NCBI GenBank assembly: GCA_964016885.1
Contig: OZ024762.1
Span: 25,482,001-25,546,000 of the forward strand
Reading direction: 5' to 3'
Source of the DNA: Eledone cirrhosa
Taxonomy: Eukaryota
DNA length: 64,000 bases
Below, in pieces: positions 56,369-64,000 of this stretch; the first letter of the stretch is position 1, and the number at the start of each line of letters is the position of its first letter. The notes beneath the pieces were generated by a model that saw only the letters and a list, made by a program, of their open reading frames with translations, was not told where the DNA came from and did no database searches. The translations under genes were made by a program, and so were the position numbers.

Positions 56369-57721
56369 AGAATGTGTGTGTGTGTGTGGAACAGTATTTG
56401 TGTGATACTGGTAAAAATGGTGTACATTATTCGTTATTTTCAGTAAAAACGATTCTCTCAATCGAACATCAAAAACCTTAATAATAAAAGGTGTGAAATG
56501 ATATATAGTATTGGCATAAGACCAAGGTGTGTGTGAGTGTCCAGATTGTACGTACTGCAAGGGGAATCCATTAGGCCTTGCCGTATTGGAATACTTGTGT
56601 ACAAATATGTATGTGCCCATCAGTGTGCAATGCATGTGTGCGTATATGTATGTATGTGTGTCGGCACGTTTATATCTATAGACATCAAAAGGTATGCAAA
56701 TTTGTGTATATTTGTGTTGCACCATAGAACATGTGTGTTCACGTATGTCATTGTGTTTATATGTGGATAGAGATGTATGTAGGATGTATGCTGATGTAGG
56801 TATGTATGTTGACGTGGGTATGTTGTGGGTTCGTCTTAGGAAGAAGTGTTTAGACGGGGTCCGTATTTGTTAATAAAGTGAGATTCCTTGCTGATGCGCT
56901 GGGTGTGGGTGGCATTATATTTAAATTTGTAGAGGGGAAAGATTCTGAAGTTGGGATGTTTTTGGGCGGCACAGGTGTCAATGTGTTCACTCAGTGGTAT
57001 TTTCCTGTATTTCCGTATTTTAATTTGGGATCTATGGACAGTCATGCGTTGGCGGAGGCTGATTTTGGTCTGGCCTATGTATTGTTCTCGACAACCTGAG
57101 CAAGTTAATACATATATTAGATTTTCTGATGCGCATGTGAAATTGTGTTTTACTATAAAACGTTGTCCTTCTTTGAAATAGAATTCCGAACCCTCTATTA
57201 GGTTGATGCATATGCCACAGTTGGGTCTATCGTATTTTTTTACTGTGGGTTTCGTTGTTGTGGCTGGCAGTACTTTGGCATGTTTTAGGATGTTTTTCAT
57301 TGACTTAGATTGTCTTTTGCTCTGTATGATATCGTGTGTTCGTAGGATTTGGTTCATTCTATGGTCCTTTTTTAAACTATTTTTCACTGGGAACAATTTG
57401 TCCGCATTTTCTTTTCCTTGTACCAATATATCATAACTCGTGTGTTACACTTCTATTCTTTTAAATATCATATCCTCACACGAGATACAGAAAATGCCAA
57501 CAAAAACAGATACAACTATTATCAACACAAATGAAGAGATTCTACAGGAACTCAAGAAAATTAACACCAACCTATCTGTGCTGGTCGACAAACTTGACTC
57601 CACAAATGAGGAAACCGTCACCGGATACAAACCCTCCGAAATCGGCGACAAACTCCAAAACCTTTGCGATACTATCCAAACTATGTTCACTACTGCCAAC
57701 CCAGGAAAAACCAATGAATAA
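55660..57721 (-). mobile_element. 5'-truncated PLE (GIY-YIG 56836-57370) with inverted pLTR and ORF-start segment (57375-57721, +)
   Basis: CGIC..HNFTCASENLIYVLTCSGC..YIGQT..LRQRMTVH..ESHFI..P.LN; 57375-57428 is the reverse complement of 55660-55712. Confidence 0.9.
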
Positions 57722-57753
57722 CCATGTGAGATTGATTCATACAGAAAGGTATA

Positions 57754-57794
57754 CGATGCTGACGATAGCTAATAAGCTTGAAACTAGTACATCG
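57754..57794 (+). ncRNA. Minimal type I hammerhead ribozyme
   Basis: CGATG-CTGACGA-TAGC/GCTT-GAAA-CTAG-TA-CATCG. Confidence 0.8.
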
Positions 57795-57989
57795 TTCCTG
57801 TGTCAGTGTTGAACAAAAGGGCGACGATGGTTGCCGAGCACTGTACGACATAATTCGGGCTGTTTGTTTACAAACAAACCGAACATTATAATAAATGTTC
57901 GGTAAACCGATACGTACATATATATATGTGTGCATGTATGTATATATATACATACTACTTTGCGTCTGTACACATATCTGTATGTACGT

Positions 57990-58069
<80 letters not shown>

Positions 58070-58075
<6 letters not shown>

Positions 58076-59095
58076 ATAATAATAAAATTGAAGACTAAAA
58101 TCGAAAGAGGGCTCGATAAGGAAAATATATATCAAATATATAAGAACCGTAGAGCAAATATTTATTAAAATAACAGATTAAAGTTTAAGCAAAGAATCGT
58201 TGCTTTCACCCTTAACGGGATCTTCTGAAACTAACAAAGTCAATCTGTAAACGCAGAACTGGATATTTCAAAAAACGTTGCAACCGGAGGAAGACAGGAA
58301 GACGATACTTTGGTTCGTGGTAACGTTCGCTGGCAAAGAACGGGAAAAAACGAATAATACGTCATTAATAGGAGCGGTGAAAAACAATTACGCGCAAAGA
58401 CAGAACCACGTTTATGGTATAAAAGAGGTCGTAGACTAATGTTCTCTTAGGTGGTGCATCCTAGCTAGAATTTTCGTCTACGACTTCTGCTTACCATTTA
58501 CGTGATTTTGACTTTGCGTGCTATTGTTCTCCACGCTCCACATATGACTTATTATCTTCGTTTTTTCGTTCATTGCCAGAGAACGTCTCTATACACCACC
58601 TAAGAGAACATTAGTCTACGACCTCTTTTATACCATAAACGTGGTTCTGTCTTTGCGCGTAATTGTTTTTCACCGCTCCTATTAATGACGTATTATTCGT
58701 TTTTTCCCGTTCTTTGCCAGCGAACGTTACCACGAACCAAAGTATCGTCTTCCTGTCTTCCTCCGGTTGCAACGTTTTTTGAAATATCCAGTTCTGCGTT
58801 TACAGATTGACTTTGTTAGTTTCAGAAGATCCCGTTAAGGGTGAAAGCAGCGATTCTTTGCTTAAACTTTAATCTGTTATTTTAATAAATATATATATAT
58901 ATATATATAGTAATAATAATAAATGTAAAGACTAAAATCCGAAGAGGGCTCGATAAGGAATATATATATATATATATATATATTTATTAAAATAACAGAT
59001 TATAGTTTTAGCAAAGAATCGCTGCTTTCACCTTTAACGGGATCTTCTGAAAGCAGCGATTCTTTGCTAAAACTATAATCTGTTATTTTAATATA
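58070..59095. mobile_element. Nested fold-back PLE pLTRs (U4A HHR family)
   Basis: ~299-bp arms at 58158-58456/58594-58892; smaller fold-back at 58983-59093; homologous to 48120-48295. Confidence 0.85.
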
Positions 59096-59304
59096 TATAT
59101 ATATAATGATAATAATAACATTAATAATGATGCTGGTGTTACATAAATCGCAAATGAATAAACGATTTATGTAACATCAGCATCTTTATTGATGTTATTT
59201 ATTATACAGAATCTCCATCGTAACTACAAACTATGAACTTAGAGAGCTTTCTCCTGCTTGCTCCTATTTTCACCAAAACAATCTCTCTCTATATATATAA
59301 TAAA

Positions 59305-59655
59305 ATAACGATATGTTATGTCTTCATTACGTTTACTGATTGGTGACGCACGTTTCGCTATTGATCAGCTCAAAGTTCGATCTGTATAAGATCTGGCCTG
59401 ACTCTCCCAAAAAATCCCTCATAGCAAAACCACCAATCAAAATAACATACACTGACCACCATATGAACGCGAACCGTTGCAGACATTTCTCTGCTTTGAA
59501 TGTTCATTCTGTCATTACCACAGCATGGTCTGACGAGCTTTTGATTCCAGAGTCAGGCCAGATCGATACAGATCAAAAGCTTGAGCTGATCAATAGCAAA
59601 CTTCACGTCACCAATCAATAAACTTAATGAAGACATAACAAATCGTCCTATTATT
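59305..59655 (+). mobile_element. Older fold-back mini-PLE with a decayed HHR (59526-59613)
   Basis: Diverged ~100-bp inverted arms; TGGT-CTGACGA..TC-ACCA. Confidence 0.7.
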
Positions 59656-59795
59656 ATATTTACACATATGTTATTATTATATTTAGGGCGGTTAATTGGT
59701 AGAGTCATGTAGCGTCTCAGACATCATGTGTGGAATCTTTGGTAATATGTGGAATCCTTGGTACTGTTAGGTATATTTAAAAAAAGGAAAATAAT

Positions 59796-59985
59796 TATTT
59801 CTACTTTTGTCACAAGGCCAGCAATTATCCCAGTACATTACTGGTACTTTATTTTATCGACCCCGTAAGGATGAAAGGCAAAGTTAACCTCAGCGGGATT
59901 TGAACTCAGACCATAAAGGGCCGGAACTCTTTGCTGCAAAGCATGGCATCCGACCCTCTACCGATACTGCCAATCCACTGCCTTA
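59796..59985 (-). mobile_element. Full-length tRNA-derived SINE with a 21-bp TSD
   Basis: ATTTAAAAAAAGGAAAATAAT at 59775-59795 and 59986-60006. Confidence 0.92.
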
Positions 59986-60396
59986 ATTTAAAAAAAGGAA
60001 AATAATGACTTCCCTAGATAATTTAATTTTATAATATTATGATTATATATATGTATATATAGAATATTACAGTATCGTGAGAGAGAATAGAGAAAAGAAG
60101 CGTTATAGAAGGAGACGATACAGATAATTAATTGCCATAGGCAGTTGCTTTAGTGCTCGATGCTTGTGCAGACAGGGCTAAACATTAGAAGCGTTAATAT
60201 TTAGTATGCGAATTTAAGAGGAGCAATTATAATCGAAGAAATTGAAGAAAGAGAAGCAAACCGTTAAAATATATTTATAAGAAGCTCATACACATGTTAC
60301 GCATGTTACACATGTTACGCGTATATATATCATGTAATGATATATGTAATAAATATATTTCATTGTATATATATATATATCTGCACTTACATGCAT

Positions 60397-60479
<83 letters not shown>

Positions 60480-60617
60480 AATGGTTTGTAATAAGCCTGG
60501 TAACCACTATTAAATAATAAGTTCTATAATATAGTATCATACTGCAGTTTGTCACGAATCATCAATATTAATAAATATACATTCACATACTCTCGTGTAT
60601 AGATATTTACCTATACC

Positions 60618-60685
<68 letters not shown>

Positions 60686-60730
60686 ATAATATATACATAA
60701 TTATATGATATGTAAATATATATATATCGC

Positions 60731-60842
<112 letters not shown>

Positions 60843-61067
60843 ATATAACACATACATCATTACATGATATATATGCGCCCGCACGCGCGCACTCACATAC
60901 ACGCAGACACACATACATATATATATATATACATACATATATATATATATATATATACATACATATATAAATATACATACATACATATATATACATACAT
61001 ATATAAATATACATACATACATACACATACATATATAAATATTCATACATACACACACACACGCACG

Positions 61068-61166
<99 letters not shown>

Positions 61167-61954
61167 CCCCTGTGTACATAATTCTCATGGAAATTACCAA
61201 ACACGAATGAATCTCTGATTTATGAATGTCCATACAAGTTCCTCACTTGGAAACTATTAGTCTTTATCTGAGCTTATGCCGTATTTTGGCACAGTTGGCT
61301 CATTCTTTTTCATTGGTCCGTTTCATATTCTATCACTAAATCTATTAAATTAATCATTATTTCCAGCCGCCATTTTGAAAAAAAAACAATGCTGAAACTC
61401 TTTTGTTATTATGTGGTTTGTTTGTTTGGTTTCGTTGCTGTTGTTGTTGCTATTGTTCCTTGGTTTTGTTGCTGTTGTTTTTGTTGTTGCTATTTTTGTT
61501 TGGTGTTGTTGCTGTTATTGCTGTTGTTGTTGCTATGTTTGGTTGGTGCTGTTGTTGTTGTTGTTGTTGTGTTTGGTTGGTTTTGTTGTTGTTGTTGTGA
61601 TTGGTCTTGTTGTTGTTGTTGTGTTTGTTTGGTTTGTTGCTGCTGTTGTTGCTGTTGTTATTTGGTTATTTTGTTGTGTTTATTTGTGGTGTTGTTTTTA
61701 TTAATATAATGTGCGGACATTCTTTTGTATTTTATTTGTAGAAGAGTTACGGCGTTTCTCTCCCGAGTGTGTGTGCGGGATGTGTGCGTGTGGGGTGAAT
61801 ATGTGTGTATGTTCGGGGGGTTCTGGTATGGTGTGATGTGGTGTTGTTTGTTGTGTTGTGTATGTGCTGTGTTGTTTATTGTGCTGTGTGTGGGGTGTTG
61901 CTGCGTGTGTGGTGTGGTCTGATGTGGTGGTGTGTATTGCGCTGTCTGTGGTGT

Positions 61955-62890
61955 GTATGTCTGTGAGTGAATGTGTGTGTATGTCTGTGAGTGAATGTGT
62001 GTGTATGTCTGTGGGTGAATGCGTGTGTATGTCTGAGAGTGACTGTGTGTGTATGTCTGTGAGTGAATGTGTGTGTATGTCTGTGAGTGAATGTGTGTGT
62101 ATGTCTGTGACTGAATGTGTGTGTATGTATGTGAGTGAATGTGTGTGTATGTCTGTGAGTGAATGTGTATATATGTCTGTGAGTGAATGTGTGTGTATTT
62201 ATGTGAGTGAATGTGTGTGTATGTATGTGAGTGAATGTGTGTTCTATGTCTGTGAGTGAATGTGTGCGTATGTCTGTGACTGAATGTGTGTGTATGTCTG
62301 TGAGTGAATGTGTGAGTATGTCTGTGAGTGAATGTGTGTGTATGTCTGTGAGTGAATGTGTATGTATGTCTGTGAGTGAATGTGTGTGTATGTCTGTGAG
62401 TGAATGTGTGGGTATGTCTGTGAGTGAATGTGTGTGTATGTCTGTGAGGGAATGTGTGTGTATGTATGTGAGTGAATGTGTGTGTATGTCTGTGAGTGAA
62501 TGTGTGTGTATGTATGTGAGTGAATGTGTGTGTATGTCTGTGAGTATGTCTATGAGTGAATGTGTGTGTATGTCTGTGAGGGAATGTGTGTGTATGTATG
62601 TGAGTGAATGTGTGTGTATGTCTGTGAGTGAATGTGTATGTATGTCTGTGAGTGAATGTGTGTGTATTTATGTGAGTGAATGGGTGTGTATGTCTGTGAG
62701 TGAATGTGTGTGTGTACGTATGTGAGTGAATGTGTGTGTATGTATGTGAGTGAATGTGTGTGTACGTCTGTGAGTGAATGTGTGTGTATGTCTGTGAGTG
62801 AATGTGTATGTATGTCTGTGAGTGAATGTGTGTGTATGTCTGTGAGTGAATGTGTGTGTCTGCCTGTGAGTGAATGTGTGTCTCTGCCTG
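61955..62890. repeat. 24-bp minisatellite (TATGTCTGTGAGTGAATGTGTGTG)n
   Basis: Direct inspection; roughly 38-39 units. Confidence 0.95.
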
Positions 62891-63247
62891 TTTATTATTC
62901 ACCCCAACCCCCTGCCGTCCGAATCAGTAATCATTGATATGAACTATGATCAAAGACATTCTTCGTTATAGACATAATTTCTGAGTTAGACAACATTTGA
63001 ATCTGCTATTGTTTTCTAACCTTCTCTAGAAACATATTTTACTTTTTCAGAGATGTACTTTTCCGGCTGTTGCTTTCATCTGAGAACATTTCAAGAAACT
63101 GAAGAACCCGAAGCAACTGCGGCGTGAAAGAGTCATTATAACTGTTCAAAATACACACAAAAGCTCTTACCTTCGCTTTATAGTTATCGTTTATTTATTG
63201 TTCAAATGTGTCACTGACCACGTCGCAAGTAGGAAATAAATATATAT

Positions 63248-64000
63248 TGGTTTCTATTTCAGGCACGAGGTCAGCAATGTGAAGGAAATGGGGGAGGACA
63301 GGAAAGTCGATTAAATCGAACCCAGTGCATTACTGGTATTTTATTTTATCGACCCCATAAGAATGAAAGGCAAAGTTAGAATAATTGTTTCTACTTCAGG
63401 CACGAGGATAGCAATTTGAAGGGAGAGGGTGTAGCAAAGTCGATTAAATCGGACCAGTGCATTACTGGTACTTTATTTTATTGACCCCGCAAGGATGAAA
63501 GGCGAAGTTAGAATAATTGTTTCTACTTTAGACACAAGGCCCACAATTTGAAAGGGGAAGGAAAAGTTGATTAAATCGACCCAAGTGCATTACTGATACT
63601 TTATTTATCGACCCCGTAAGGATGAAAGGCAAAGCTAACCTTGGCGAGATTTGGACTCAGAACGTGATGGGACGTAACTCTCTGCCGCGAAGCATAGTGT
63701 CCGACGCTCTACCGATACTGCCAATCCACCGCCATAGGCAAAGTTATAATAATAATAATTGTTTCGACTTTTGGCACAAGGCCAGCAATAACCCAGTGTA
63801 TTACTGGTACTTTATTTTATCGACCCCGTAAGGATGAAAGGCAAAGTTAACCTCGGCGGGATTTGAACTCAGAATGGCAAGGGCCGTAACTCTATGCGTC
63901 AAAGCATGGCGTCCGACCCTCAACCAATACTGCCAATCCACCGCCATTAATGATAGCTATTATAATAATTATTTCTACTTTTTGGCACAAGGCCAGCAAT
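63248..64000 (-). mobile_element. Head-to-tail SINE array (three truncated or complete units plus more, runs off the window)
   Basis: Same core as 50550-51600; 63775-63945 closely resembles 51050-51220. Confidence 0.9.

Noticed and set aside
61658-62902. 414-aa His/Thr-rich ORF
   Set aside because: Translation of the 24-bp minisatellite.
63098-63140. CTGAAGA..GAAA hammerhead-like core
   Set aside because: No stem I complementarity and no convincing stem III.

Overview
Repeat-saturated, AT-rich animal genomic DNA, most likely intergenic or intronic. The tRNA-derived SINE families resemble octopus SINEs, so a coleoid cephalopod origin is inferred, not shown. No host protein-coding gene could be supported; almost all ORFs in the track are microsatellite translations. 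The window holds (TA)n, (CA)n, (GA)n and (GTT)n microsatellites, two decayed Tx1/L1-clade LINEs, an R4/Dong-type LINE inserted in (TAA)n, RTE fragments and an RTE-derived non-autonomous family, mariner pieces, hAT MITEs, a Helitron remnant and SINE arrays. The dominant signal is a dense set of Penelope-like element (PLE) remnants from several lineages. They include GIY-YIG/RT fragments and many short fold-back inserts sitting in (TA)n. About 20 type I hammerhead ribozyme (HHR) motifs were read by eye, some decayed. They include recurring non-canonical cores (U3-A8 covariation, U4A, A13C) and a 466-nt, highly structured, ORF-less partial-tandem unit whose stem II covaries between copies, which is a retrozyme/circRNA candidate.
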